Part shown: positions 10,153 to 20,423 of the stretch, one piece after another
Layout of the letters: each line of letters starts with the position of its first letter
Numbering within the stretch: the stretch's first letter is position 1
Origin: Hyphomicrobium sp.
GTDB lineage: Bacteria; Pseudomonadota; Alphaproteobacteria; Rhizobiales; Hyphomicrobiaceae
NCBI GenBank assembly: GCA_021732485.1
Contig: JAKFUV010000013.1
Coordinates: 75-64,074, forward strand
Length of the DNA stretch: 64,000 bases
Direction of reading: 5' to 3'
The notes under the pieces: model-generated
Told to the model about the DNA's origin: nothing
Databases searched by the model: none
Seen by the model: only the letters and a program-made list of their open reading frames with translations
Translations under genes and position numbers: made by a program

Positions 10153-10710
10153 CTACTTCTCGGCCGGCTTCGCCGATTTCGTATCGGTATCGGGAAACAC
10201 CGCCTTCAAAAACACCGACAAACCATGTTTCTCGACGAGCTTTTGAAACACGACCGCTTCCTCAGGCGAGATTTTGTACTGGCGGAAAGTCGTGATCAAT
10301 CGCTGCTGCATGCCTTGCGAGATCAATTCCGGCGCAGGGAGACCGCGCTGCTGCCGCGCTTGCGGCGGCAATCGCGCATAGATCGTCGCCAAGGTTTGCG
10401 CATGGATATAGTCTTGCGCTAGGCACGCCTCGACGCCCTCGTTGAAGGTGCTCGAAAGCAAATGTGTCCGGTAACACGCGTCGAGAAACTTCAGTACGCC
10501 TTGCGAGCCTTGGCGCTGGTGCAATTTTGCGAGCCGTTCAGCCGCATCGTTGATGTTGGCGGCGCGGTCCCACGTCGGCGCGTAAGCTCGGGCTTGGATC
10601 GCGGCGTCGCGCATGGCCAAGGGCATGCCGACCGTCAGCATTAGGGCGGCAGTGACGGCTGTCACCAATGATCTCGCACCACTTGTGGCGGGCCTAGCTG
10701 TCGGCCTCAC
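10153..10710 (-). CDS. Hypothetical exported protein within the ilv operon
   Basis: Overlaps the ilvI stop by 4 nt; N-terminal hydrophobic segment; two Cys. Confidence 0.65.
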   Translation of the reverse strand: MRPTARPATSGARSLVTAVTAALMLTVGMPLAMRDAAIQARAYAPTWDRAANINDAAERLAKLHQRQGSQGVLKFLDACYRTHLLSSTFNEGVEACLAQDYIHAQTLATIYARLPPQARQQRGLPAPELISQGMQQRLITTFRQYKISPEEAVVFQKLVEKHGLSVFLKAVFPDTDTKSAKPAEK

Positions 10711-12473
10711 ACCAGCACCTTGCCTTCTTTGCTAATGGCGTTTTGCACCTCTTCGTCGGACACATCTTCGCCAAGCAGCATTTCGTTGTGCGCCTTACCC
10801 GACGGGATCATCGGAAAACAATTGGCAAGCTTGGCAACGCGGCAGTCGAACATCACCGGACCTGGCGTATTGATCATGTCTTTTATGGCGTCATCGAGGT
10901 CGGCTGGATGATCGCAGCGCATACCTTTCCAGCCGTAGGCATCGGCCAGCTTGACGAAATCCGGCAGCGCTGCCGTATAGCTCTCCGACAACCGGTTGCC
11001 GTGCAGCAGCTGCTGCCACTGGCGCACCATGCCCATATATTCGTTGTTGAGAATGAACACTTTCACCGGCAGGCGATACTGCGTCGCCGTCGAACATTCC
11101 TGAATGTTCATCAGGATCGAAGCGTCACCCGCCACATCGATGCACAAGCCTTTCGGATGCGCCACCTGCGCGCCGATGGCCGCAGGCAAGCCGTAGCCCA
11201 TCGTGCCGAGCCCGCCCGACGTCATCCACCGGTTCGGCTCTTCGAAGTTGATGAACTGCGCTGCCCACATCTGGTGCTGGCCGACTTCGGTGGTGATGTA
11301 GGTTTCGCGATCCTTGGTCAGCTCATAGAGACGCTGCACGGCGTATTGCGGCATGATCACGTCGCGCGAATTCTTGTACGACAGCGATTTGCGCGCCCGC
11401 CAACCCTCGATCTGCTTCCACCAAAGCTTATGCGCGGCCTTGTCCAGCACAGGCGCCTTGGCTTTCCATACGCGAAGCATGTCTTCAAGCGTGTAGGCGC
11501 AATCGCCGATGATCGGAATATCGACCTGCACCACCTTGTTGATCGAAGACGCATCGATATCGACATGGATCTTGCGCGAGCCGGGTGAGAACGCATCGAG
11601 CCGCCCGGTGATACGATCGTCGAAGCGGGCGCCGATGTTGATCATCACGTCGCAATCGTGCATCGCCATGTTGGCTTCGTAGGTGCCATGCATGCCGAGC
11701 ATGCCGAGCCACTGCTTGTCGGACGCCGGATAAGCCCCAAGTCCCATCAGCGTCGACGTGATCGGATAGCCCGACAGCCGCACGAGTTCACGCAGCAGCT
11801 GGCTGGCTTTCGGCCCTGAATTGATGACGCCGCCGCCGGTGTAGAACACCGGCCGCTTGGCTCCGGCGATCAAATCGACCGCCTCGCGCACTGCCGTCTG
11901 CTCGGGCTTCAGTTTCGGGCGATAGGTTTTGTGCTGAATGTTCGACGGCCCGACGTAGTTGCCGGACGCGAACTGAATGTCTTTCGGAATATCGACCACC
12001 ACCGGGCCCGGCCGCCCGGTTCTCGCGATGTGGAACGCCTCGTGCAGAATGCGAGCGAGGTCGTTGACGTTCTTGACGAGATAATTGTGCTTCGTGCACG
12101 GCCGCGTGATGCCGACCGTATCGCACTCCTGAAACGCATCCATCCCGATGAGGTGCGTCGGCACCTGACCGGTGATGCAGACCAGCGGAATGCTATCCAT
12201 CAGCGCGTCGGTCAAACCGGTGACCGCGTTGGTCGCGCCCGGCCCCGACGTCACCAGTACAACGCCAACCTTGCCGGTTGAGCGTGCATAGCCTTCAGCA
12301 GCATGCACCGCGCCGCCTTCCTGACGCACGAGGATGTGGCGCACTTTGTCCTGCTGATGCAGTTCGTCATAGATCGGCAACACGGCGCCGCCCGGATAGC
12401 CGAAAATGACTTCGACGCCCTGATCGGCGAGCGCCGTCATCACCATCTCAGCACCCGTCATTGTCCGTGCCAT
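10707..12473 (-). CDS. ilvI: Acetolactate synthase large subunit
   Basis: FGYPGGAVLPIYD, TSGPGATN, GMLGMHG, VGQHQMW, SGGLGTMG, GDAS...NN TPP motif. Confidence 0.97.
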   Translation of the reverse strand: MARTMTGAEMVMTALADQGVEVIFGYPGGAVLPIYDELHQQDKVRHILVRQEGGAVHAAEGYARSTGKVGVVLVTSGPGATNAVTGLTDALMDSIPLVCITGQVPTHLIGMDAFQECDTVGITRPCTKHNYLVKNVNDLARILHEAFHIARTGRPGPVVVDIPKDIQFASGNYVGPSNIQHKTYRPKLKPEQTAVREAVDLIAGAKRPVFYTGGGVINSGPKASQLLRELVRLSGYPITSTLMGLGAYPASDKQWLGMLGMHGTYEANMAMHDCDVMINIGARFDDRITGRLDAFSPGSRKIHVDIDASSINKVVQVDIPIIGDCAYTLEDMLRVWKAKAPVLDKAAHKLWWKQIEGWRARKSLSYKNSRDVIMPQYAVQRLYELTKDRETYITTEVGQHQMWAAQFINFEEPNRWMTSGGLGTMGYGLPAAIGAQVAHPKGLCIDVAGDASILMNIQECSTATQYRLPVKVFILNNEYMGMVRQWQQLLHGNRLSESYTAALPDFVKLADAYGWKGMRCDHPADLDDAIKDMINTPGPVMFDCRVAKLANCFPMIPSGKAHNEMLLGEDVSDEEVQNAISKEGKVLV

Positions 12474-12659
12474 GTCGTCCGCTCCGTAAAGTCAATTTGG
12501 GTCGTCGCGTAAGGCCGTCAAGTTGGTGATCCAACCGGCTAAAAAAGTGTCGGTGGCGCGAACGCTATTGAAGTGCAGACCAGCCGACATCGCCAGGTTG
12601 TCGAGCATAAGCTCAGATCAATCCCGATCATCTAGTCACCGCATTATGCGAGGTCAACG

Positions 12660-13601
12660 CTAACTTTGAATAAATGACATGGCATCCGCTATATTTATTT
12701 CCATTTCTTGCGATGAAAACCTTCTCCACGTAATCATATGTCGTTTGATCCAAGTTTGCTGCCGTTTGATGTACTGGCGTGTCTCCGTTTTCGCGCCCAG
12801 AATAGCGTCGGCCAGCTCTATCTCGCTGCGGGCAACGGCCGCTAGGGGCGCCACACCGATGGCCCGCATCGCCGGCAAATTTCCATCGAGTTGCAGCGCC
12901 GCCAGCCGCCCAGCTTCTTCGATCCCGCCGGATGCAACCATCGCGTCGAGTCTTGCATCGGCCCGGCGATGCAGCACATCGCGGTCCGGCATCATGACGA
13001 GGCGCAGCGCGTCGTCGGGCTGGACCAGCGGCACGCACGGCTGTGCCTGCCAGTAGGCCAGCGACCGGCCACTGCCGTCGAGCACCTCCAGGGCCCGAAC
13101 AATGCGCTGCGTGTCCTCGGCCGAAAGCCGCGCCGCCATGCCGGGATCGCGCTCCGCCAAAACACCGTGCAGCGCCGCTGCACCGACGCGGCTTGCCTGA
13201 TCGCGCCAATGCTGCCGGATATCCATTGCAACGTCCGGGATCGGCGCCAGACCCTCAAGCAGTGCTTTGAAATACAGCCCCGTGCCGCCGACGAAGATCG
13301 GACGGAGGCCCGCCGCCGTCGCCTCGTTTAAAGCCGCCGCCGCGTCGGTTAGAAACCGGCCGGCCGAATACGCCTCGCGGGCCGGCACATGGCCGAATAG
13401 TGCGTGAGGCAACCGCGCCTCGTCCTCGACGCTCGGCCGCGCTGTCAGAATACGCAGCTCGGCATAGACCTGCATGCTGTCGACATTGATGATCAGGCCG
13501 CCGAGCTCTTCGGCCAACGCCATGGCCAGCGCCGACTTACCGCTCGCGGTTGGGCCGGCAATCAAAATCGGCCGGTTCGTCGGCTGGTGGACGTTTGACA
13601 T
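12660..13601 (-). CDS. miaA: tRNA dimethylallyltransferase
   Basis: GPTASGKS, DSMQVY, GGTGLYF, TRQYIKRQQTW; AGGAGG RBS before ATG 13601. Confidence 0.96.
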   Translation of the reverse strand: MSNVHQPTNRPILIAGPTASGKSALAMALAEELGGLIINVDSMQVYAELRILTARPSVEDEARLPHALFGHVPAREAYSAGRFLTDAAAALNEATAAGLRPIFVGGTGLYFKALLEGLAPIPDVAMDIRQHWRDQASRVGAAALHGVLAERDPGMAARLSAEDTQRIVRALEVLDGSGRSLAYWQAQPCVPLVQPDDALRLVMMPDRDVLHRRADARLDAMVASGGIEEAGRLAALQLDGNLPAMRAIGVAPLAAVARSEIELADAILGAKTETRQYIKRQQTWIKRHMITWRRFSSQEMEINIADAMSFIQS

Positions 13602-13671
13602 GATAACGCCTCCTAACGCAGTGCTGGGGAGCACGCTAGGAGGCGTTGTCCGTCAGGCCGCGACGCAGCCT

Positions 13672-14961
13672 TCAAAACGCGATTTTCGAGCCGAAGACGA
13701 CGGTGTGGAAATCCTCAAGCTCGTTCGTCGCCGCCGCGCCGCCGCTCACGATTTCGAAGTCGACCTCATTCACCCGATAACCAGCATAAAGCTGCATCTC
13801 GGCGGCCTCGATGTGTTGCACGACGCCGAATCCCCAGACCTCGGCTGTGCTACCGCCGATGCGATCGCCGGCAACACCACCCAAATCCAAAACCAGCGCA
13901 CTCGCATCACCGCCGCTGTCGTCCACGGCCGAGACATAGTCTTTGAACCAGCCATATTCGCCGTAGAAGCCCGTTGGCCCAAGGCCATTCAACTGCGCAA
14001 GCCATCCGAGTTTGACATAGACGAATTTCGCATCGTCGGGTGTGCGCAGTGCCCCATCGGCATCGACCACCGACTGATCGAATTCGCGCACACCGGCGCT
14101 AACCAGAAAATTCAAGCCCGTCGCCTCATGTAGGATCGCCGCCGATCCCAGTAGAGTCGATTGATCAAGGTCGGCGAACGCGCCATCGGTATCGGTGATC
14201 TCGGTGTACGCGATGGTCGCTGCCAACTTAAATCCGCCGCCGTCACCTTCGTAGCGCAGTCCGATATCCCAGATGTCGTCTTCGCCCCAACTCGCGGACG
14301 CCACAAACCCCGCTAATTCCGGCGTGTCGTAGCGCACCAGATTAGCCGTATCGCCGTTAAAGTGATTGTAGACATCACCCCACGCGAGACCAACCGGCGC
14401 ACCACTTGACGTGCGTAGTTCAAACGCGCCACCAATGTCCTGCACGCCGGCGTAAGCTGCGACGGCGGTTTCGGACAAATCGTTTTCCGGCGCCGTATCC
14501 GTCACACGTGACGCCAGACCAACCGAAAGCTTGCCGGCCTTTTCGCCTTCGATCCACCAGTGCGCCTGCCACATCTGAAAGCCGTCGCCCGAACCATTGT
14601 CCGCATCCTGACTGACATCGTCGGACAAATCATCGCGCAGTCGAATGGTAATGTCGTATCCAGCGCTCCACCCTTCGGCGATCTTGGCGTCGCCCGTGAA
14701 ACTAAAGAACGACTGATCGTTCTTGTTGCCAACGACATAGGCGTTGCTTTCTTGGCCATCGTCCCACGCCAGAAGCATTTTGTTGATTTGCCCCGAGATG
14801 GACAACGAAACCTTGCGGTTGCCCTTGCGCGCCGCCGTGGCTTCGAGTTCGGCGATGCGCTCTTCCAGATCGGCACAGCAATCGCCCCCGAGATCAGCGG
14901 CCGTCGCCGCGCCTCCCGCCATCAAGCATGCAATACTCGCCAGAGCTGCTGTACGCATCAT
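13672..14961 (-). CDS. Outer-membrane porin (Hyphomicrobium-type with N-terminal coiled coil)
   Basis: Signal peptide, LGGDCCADLEERIAELEATAARKGNRKVSL, beta-strand pattern, C-terminal Phe. Confidence 0.85.
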   Translation of the reverse strand: MMRTAALASIACLMAGGAATAADLGGDCCADLEERIAELEATAARKGNRKVSLSISGQINKMLLAWDDGQESNAYVVGNKNDQSFFSFTGDAKIAEGWSAGYDITIRLRDDLSDDVSQDADNGSGDGFQMWQAHWWIEGEKAGKLSVGLASRVTDTAPENDLSETAVAAYAGVQDIGGAFELRTSSGAPVGLAWGDVYNHFNGDTANLVRYDTPELAGFVASASWGEDDIWDIGLRYEGDGGGFKLAATIAYTEITDTDGAFADLDQSTLLGSAAILHEATGLNFLVSAGVREFDQSVVDADGALRTPDDAKFVYVKLGWLAQLNGLGPTGFYGEYGWFKDYVSAVDDSGGDASALVLDLGGVAGDRIGGSTAEVWGFGVVQHIEAAEMQLYAGYRVNEVDFEIVSGGAAATNELEDFHTVVFGSKIAF

Positions 14962-15179
14962 TGATCGCCCCACTATCTAACACTGTTCCGTTGGCGCGTT
15001 TCCGCAGCCAACCCCGTCACTAAGATCAGCGCTGATCCCTCAGCCCGAATTAAAACCAACGCTTCCCCAGGACGGCACCACCGGTCTCGACTGACGAGGG
15101 CCACAGCGAAATCGCCAATCGACGTGCAGCTTGTTCCAACCGGCAGCTGCCGAGTCTCTTCTTCGAAAACGATTGGGCC

Positions 15180-15204
15180 ATAGTATACTAATTATGTCAA
15201 CTAT
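15180..15204. promoter_or_regulatory. 25-bp imperfect palindromic operator overlapping a TTGACA -35 upstream of the porin
   Basis: - strand ATAGTTGACATAATTAGTATACTAT. Confidence 0.45.
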
Positions 15205-15267
15205 CGGCAACTAAACGGATATTATATCATTCACAGCGGTTTGCAATTGTCGGGCGCAAATCTGCGG

Positions 15268-15963
15268 TCAACGACCGAATATGCGATCCCAAAGCGTCAC
15301 GCCGGACAACCTTGCCACCGCCGCCCATTCACGAAGGCGCCCACTGGCCGTCCGGATCGTTGCATCGACGCGCGGCCGCCACGACGCCAGAACTGGCTTA
15401 AGCCACGCCATCGTCCGATGCTTGACGACCCGTCCGCTGCGCCACACCCACGACGACCGAATGACAGCAAACAGCGCGTCTTTCCACGGCATGAACCACG
15501 CATAAGCGCCAGCGAACCACGAAATCTGCATCAAGGCCGGCTTGGTCAGCATGAAAATTCGCGCCAGCAACGCGGTCGATGCAATCTTGGCCGCAACGAA
15601 CAGCGCCGACGCCGCGAACACTTGGCCATTCGCCAGCAGCCACACGGCGACGAATTTCAGCGGCAGCAAAAACGTCGTCGGCAATGCGAAGACGCACAGT
15701 GCGCCATAGGGCGGCAAGCCTGCTATCCAGCGTTCGAGAGCCGCGATCGGACGATACTCGGCGAGCTTTCCAAGCCACTTTTCAAGCGGCCGCCAGCCCC
15801 ATTCCTCGAACAGGATGATCAGCGCCGCGATGACGTTGAACACGAACATCACCGGCCCACGCGCAAGCCTCCACGCGATGACCCCCGCTTGGCGCAGTGC
15901 CGACAACAACGCGACCACGAGCCGCTTGAGTGTCCCGGCGATGCTTCGAAATTGACTTGCCAC
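15268..15963 (-). CDS. Hypothetical membrane protein
   Basis: LIILFEEWGW, LPPYGAL...P...LLPLK, ARIF-x-LTKPALM-x-ISWF pattern; several hydrophobic helices. Confidence 0.7.
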   Translation of the reverse strand: MASQFRSIAGTLKRLVVALLSALRQAGVIAWRLARGPVMFVFNVIAALIILFEEWGWRPLEKWLGKLAEYRPIAALERWIAGLPPYGALCVFALPTTFLLPLKFVAVWLLANGQVFAASALFVAAKIASTALLARIFMLTKPALMQISWFAGAYAWFMPWKDALFAVIRSSWVWRSGRVVKHRTMAWLKPVLASWRPRVDATIRTASGRLREWAAVARLSGVTLWDRIFGR

Positions 15964-16143
15964 GATGCGTCACGGCTCCGGTCGATGGTCTCACAGCGTC
16001 GGCCCGATTGCCGGCGTTCCGCAAGATTACGTCCGCCCCGCAGGCCGGGGATAACTTTCGCAAAATTTAATGTGGCGGCGGACGCCTCGTGGTCCTCGCG
16101 CGGCGACTAGGCCGCGTTTACCAAGTCACTGTCGCCAATTCCG

Positions 16144-18093
16144 CTACACCTGAACCGGGCGCAGGGCTCCGGTCCGTTCGGCTTCTTCCAACGCCTGTGC
16201 CAGATCTTCCCGCGCCTTTTCGGCCTGCCGCTGCCGCGACCACAAGCTCGCATACAAACCATCTTTGGCAATCAGCTCGGCATGGGTGCCCTGCTCGACC
16301 AGCGTGCCATCGCGCAGCACCAGAATAACGTCCGCATGAATGATGGTCGACAACCGGTGCGCGATGACCACCGTCGTCCGGTTCATCGCCACGCGATCGA
16401 GCGCGTCTTGAATTTCTTTTTCGGTGTGACTGTCGAGGGCACTCGTTGCTTCATCGAGAATGAGCACCGGCGGACCCTTCAAAATCGTCCGCGCAATGGC
16501 GACGCGCTGCTTCTCACCGCCGGACAATTTCAAGCCGCGTTCACCGACCATCGTGTCGTAACCCTGCGGCAGAGATTTCACGAAGTCATCGATCTGCGCC
16601 ATGCGCGCCGCAGCGAAAACCTCGTCGTCGGTGGCGTCGGCGCGGCCATACTTGATGTTGTAGAAAATCGTATCGTTGAACAGCACCGTATCTTGCGGCA
16701 CCACGCCCATCGCGGCGCGGAGCGACGCTTGCGTGACGTGACGCAGATCCTGCCCATCGATCGTGATCCGTCCGCCGGTCACATCATAGAAACGCAACAG
16801 CAGCCGCCCGATGGTCGATTTGCCAGCCCCCGATGGGCCGACGATGGCGACCATTTTCCCAGCCGGCACCTCGAACGACACGTCCTTGAGAATTTCGCGG
16901 TCGCGTTCATAGCCAAAGCGCACGTTCTCGAACCGAATAGTGCCGCCATGGACGTCGAGCCTCTTGGCGCCCGGCCGATCGGCCACCTCCGGCGATTGGT
17001 CGAGCACGTCCATCATGCGTTCGATGTCGGTCAGGCCCTGTTTGATTTCGCGATACACCATGCCCATGAAATTCAGCGGCATGAACAGCTGCAGCATCAG
17101 CAGATTGACCATCGCGAAATGGCCGACGGTGTGATTTCCCGCCAGCACGTCCTGCGCCGCCATGACGAGGCACAGCGTCAACGCCACCGTAAAGATCACC
17201 GCCTGCCCGGAGTTTAAAACCGCGAGCGACGTGTACGATTTGATGCTCGCCTTTTCATACGATGCCATCGACGTGTCGTAGCGCTTCGCCTCGCGCTCCT
17301 CGGCACCGAAATATTTCACCGTCTCGAAGTTGAGCAGGCTGTCGACCGCCTTGGTGTTGGCGTCCGTGTCGCTGTCGTTCATGGTCCGGCGAATGCCGAC
17401 CCGCCAGTCGGTCGCCTTGACGGTGAACCACAGGTAAGCCGTAATCATCAACACGATGGTGACGACATAGCGCCAGTCGAATTCGATGGCGCAGACGACG
17501 ATGATCAGCAGAAACTCGATGATCGTCGGGATCAGCGTCATCAGCGCCATGCGGCTGATGTTCTCGATGCCGGCCCGGCCGCGTTCGAGCACGCGCGTTA
17601 AGCCGCCGGTTTTCTTTTCGAGATGAAACCGCAACGACAGCCGGTGCATGTGCTCGAACGTCGAGAGCGCGAGTTTACGCACCGCATGCATGGCGACCTT
17701 GGCGAACATGCCCTCGCGAAGTTGCACCAGCAGCGTCATCAATATGCGAGAGGCGCCGTAGACGAGACTTGCCAGCAGCGGCGCCCCGACCAGCCACGTC
17801 ACTTGTTCGCTCGCCGGCACCTTGCCGCCACTGGCCGCGACCAGCGCGTCGGTCGCCCATTTCAAGGTGTAGGGCACTGTCACCGTCACGACCTTAGCGA
17901 TGACAATCAGCACCAGTGACCAGAGCACGGTCTTGCGCAAATCCGGCCGGTCGTACGGCCACACGTAGGGCCACAGCGCTTTCAGAACACGGGTCTGCTC
18001 GGGCGAAGGTGTGATCCGATCCACCCATCCGCCGGGTTCAGCAGGCGTGGCGGCGGTATTTTGATCTGGAGGGAGGGCTCGTTGCATTCCCAC
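16144..18093 (-). CDS. ABC transporter permease/ATPase, Atm1/HMT1 (ABCB) type
   Basis: LSLRFHLEKKTGGL, AVDSLLNFETVKYF, Walker A GPSGAGKS, LSGGEKQR, ILDEATSALD. Confidence 0.93.
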   Translation of the reverse strand: MGMQRALPPDQNTAATPAEPGGWVDRITPSPEQTRVLKALWPYVWPYDRPDLRKTVLWSLVLIVIAKVVTVTVPYTLKWATDALVAASGGKVPASEQVTWLVGAPLLASLVYGASRILMTLLVQLREGMFAKVAMHAVRKLALSTFEHMHRLSLRFHLEKKTGGLTRVLERGRAGIENISRMALMTLIPTIIEFLLIIVVCAIEFDWRYVVTIVLMITAYLWFTVKATDWRVGIRRTMNDSDTDANTKAVDSLLNFETVKYFGAEEREAKRYDTSMASYEKASIKSYTSLAVLNSGQAVIFTVALTLCLVMAAQDVLAGNHTVGHFAMVNLLMLQLFMPLNFMGMVYREIKQGLTDIERMMDVLDQSPEVADRPGAKRLDVHGGTIRFENVRFGYERDREILKDVSFEVPAGKMVAIVGPSGAGKSTIGRLLLRFYDVTGGRITIDGQDLRHVTQASLRAAMGVVPQDTVLFNDTIFYNIKYGRADATDDEVFAAARMAQIDDFVKSLPQGYDTMVGERGLKLSGGEKQRVAIARTILKGPPVLILDEATSALDSHTEKEIQDALDRVAMNRTTVVIAHRLSTIIHADVILVLRDGTLVEQGTHAELIAKDGLYASLWSRQRQAEKAREDLAQALEEAERTGALRPVQV

Positions 18094-18150
18094 GAGATAA
18101 GAGGACTACGACGGCTTGTCCATGGAGCCGATCCACGCACGTCGACGCTA

Positions 18151-19554
18151 TCAACGCTTTCGGCCCGGCACGAAGACGCGCTGACAGGGATAGACCCGAT
18201 TAGGGTGCGCGATGCTTTGGCGATTAGCGCGATAAATTCGCGGATAATGCCCACCGTCACGATAATGGCGCTTGGCGATCCGCCACAAACTGTCGCCACG
18301 CCGAACGACGTAGCGGCCGGGCGGGGTGATGCGGCGTCCAGCCCGGGAACAGGCACCACGCCGCACGTCCTGTGAGCGTCTGAGCGACATCCGCCGCGAC
18401 CAGGATTTTACCTTCGAGCCACGCCGCGTCCGCCAGACATCCGGACGCTTCGAAATAGCCGCCGTGATCAACCGCTCGCCACTTTGGCTTTTGGCCGAAG
18501 GTCGCAAGCCGCGATCGGCCGGCATGCGCCGCGCCGACTTGGCGACATCGACCGATTCTTCGCTCGGGCGGTCGCTCTGGCCCGTGGGCGGAGCCGCAGA
18601 TTTCTCGGCCCATCGCCGATCGTCGGGAATCGGCTCTGGTATAAGCACGATGGTGCGCTTGCTTTCTACGGGTTTGGGCTCGACGAGCCTAGCCGCGTTT
18701 GCAGCCGCAGCCTCTGCGTCGGCGCGACGACGTTCGGCGGCAATCCGCGCGTCGGCGGCGCGCTGTGCGTCAGCCAAGCGGCGCGCTTCTTCCGCCTGCC
18801 GGCTTGCCGCTTGGCGGGTTTCTTCGACGGCCTTGCGACGCGCCGCCTCGGTGTCAGCTTTGGCCTGAGCATCGGCTTGCGCTTTTTCAACGGCCTTACG
18901 TTCGGTTGCTTGGCGTTCTGTTGCTTGGCGCTCTGTGGCCTGGCGTTCGGCGGCGAGCTTTTCGGATGCCAGCTTTTCTAAATCCTGGCGCGCCTGCTCA
19001 GCTTTCAGCTTCGCCGCGCGCTCGTCAGCCTGTTTGGCTTCAGCAGCCTTGTGCAGATCATCAGCCGCACGCTTCGCCGCGCTCGCCCGCGCATCCTCGG
19101 CCTTCGTCTCTTCGAGCTTCTTGGCGATGGCGTCGTTAGCTGTGCCGTCCGCTGCGGGGATCGAGAGTTCCTTAATGACGACGCCCTGATAGTCGCGGTT
19201 GGCGCGCGCCAGCCAGTCCTGAACAGCACCGATCACGCCGCCGTAGCCAGGTGGCGGCTCTGGCATTGCCAGCGGCGCGGACGGCTGAGCCACATCTGGC
19301 TGACCTGCCGGCACGTCCGGCGGCGGCGCCTCGCGGCGCACCGGCGGCACCATGGCAGGCTTTTTCGTTTCGTTGGGCGCCGCCTGCGCCATGCGCACGC
19401 CAACTGCAAGATCGCCAGGCGCTGACGCTGCCGCGTTGGCCAGAGCCATTGGCGGCGCTGTCGCCACCAGGATCACGATTGCCGCCGCAAGCGATCTCCG
19501 GCGAAGCAGTCCGCTTCGCGTCGCTCTGAGACGATAGACTTGCCGGCCCGCCAT
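18151..19554 (-). CDS. Exported Ala/Lys/Glu-rich coiled-coil protein with C-terminal LysM domain
   Basis: YVVRRGDSLWRIAKRHY...IYRAN...I-x-HPNRVYP; TERQA repeats; signal-like N-terminus. Confidence 0.8.
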   Translation of the reverse strand: MAGRQVYRLRATRSGLLRRRSLAAAIVILVATAPPMALANAAASAPGDLAVGVRMAQAAPNETKKPAMVPPVRREAPPPDVPAGQPDVAQPSAPLAMPEPPPGYGGVIGAVQDWLARANRDYQGVVIKELSIPAADGTANDAIAKKLEETKAEDARASAAKRAADDLHKAAEAKQADERAAKLKAEQARQDLEKLASEKLAAERQATERQATERQATERKAVEKAQADAQAKADTEAARRKAVEETRQAASRQAEEARRLADAQRAADARIAAERRRADAEAAAANAARLVEPKPVESKRTIVLIPEPIPDDRRWAEKSAAPPTGQSDRPSEESVDVAKSARRMPADRGLRPSAKSQSGERLITAAISKRPDVWRTRRGSKVKSWSRRMSLRRSQDVRRGACSRAGRRITPPGRYVVRRGDSLWRIAKRHYRDGGHYPRIYRANRQSIAHPNRVYPCQRVFVPGRKR

Positions 19555-19723
19555 CTGACCCTCATTTAATTGCGATCGGAGTAAAGCACGCCGGCGACAG
19601 CAACGCCAACCGGCGGAAAGTCATTGTAAAACCCGGCAGCGGTTGATCTGCCACACTGACGCGCTATGGCATTGCGACCAAGCCGGCATCAGATCGGCTG
19701 CAGCACTTTTCCGAAAGTCGTCC

Positions 19724-20374
19724 ATGACCCAAAGTTTTGATACCCTGGCCCCCGGTCCCAGCACCGCCGCGCCATCGCTTCAGCCCTTGACCAGCGTCTG
19801 TGTCTATTGCGGATCGGGCAAAGGCCTCAATCCAGCTTACGCGGTTGCCGCGCGCAAACTCGGCAAGGCGCTCGCTGTCGCCAACATCCGCCTCGTCTAC
19901 GGCGGCGGCAGCCTCGGCTTGATGGGCGAGGTCGCGAAAGCCGTGCTGGGCGCTGGCGGCAAAGTCACCGGCATCATTCCCGAGTTCCTCGGCGCCAAAG
20001 AGAAAATGCTGAAAGACGTCGACGACTTGATCATCGTCGACGACATGCATGTGCGCAAACGACTGATGTTTGAACGCTCGGACGCCTTCGTCGCCTTGCC
20101 CGGCGGCATCGGCACGCTCGAAGAACTCGTCGAACAATTGACCTGGTCACAGCTCGGCCGCCACACCAAGCCGATCGTCGTCGCCAACATCGAAGGCTTC
20201 TGGACGCCGTTCCTCGATCTGCTGACGCACATGAAATCCGAGACCTTCATCCGCCCCGGCCTTGACGTGCACTTCGCGGTCGTCGACAAAACCGAAAACA
20301 TCGTGCCCGCCATCCTCGCCGCGCATGCCTACGGTTCGCAGACCAACGACCACGCGGTCGTCGCCAAGTTCTGA
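19724..20374 (+). CDS. LOG family (TIGR00730) nucleotide phosphoribohydrolase
   Basis: VCVYCGS, LVYGGGSLGLMG, MHVRK, LPGGIGTLEE. Confidence 0.92.
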   Translation: MTQSFDTLAPGPSTAAPSLQPLTSVCVYCGSGKGLNPAYAVAARKLGKALAVANIRLVYGGGSLGLMGEVAKAVLGAGGKVTGIIPEFLGAKEKMLKDVDDLIIVDDMHVRKRLMFERSDAFVALPGGIGTLEELVEQLTWSQLGRHTKPIVVANIEGFWTPFLDLLTHMKSETFIRPGLDVHFAVVDKTENIVPAILAAHAYGSQTNDHAVVAKF

Positions 20375-20423
20375 TGTCTAAGTGCAAGTTGCGAGCTTGC
20401 AATTTTCGAAAGGCCATCCTGCC

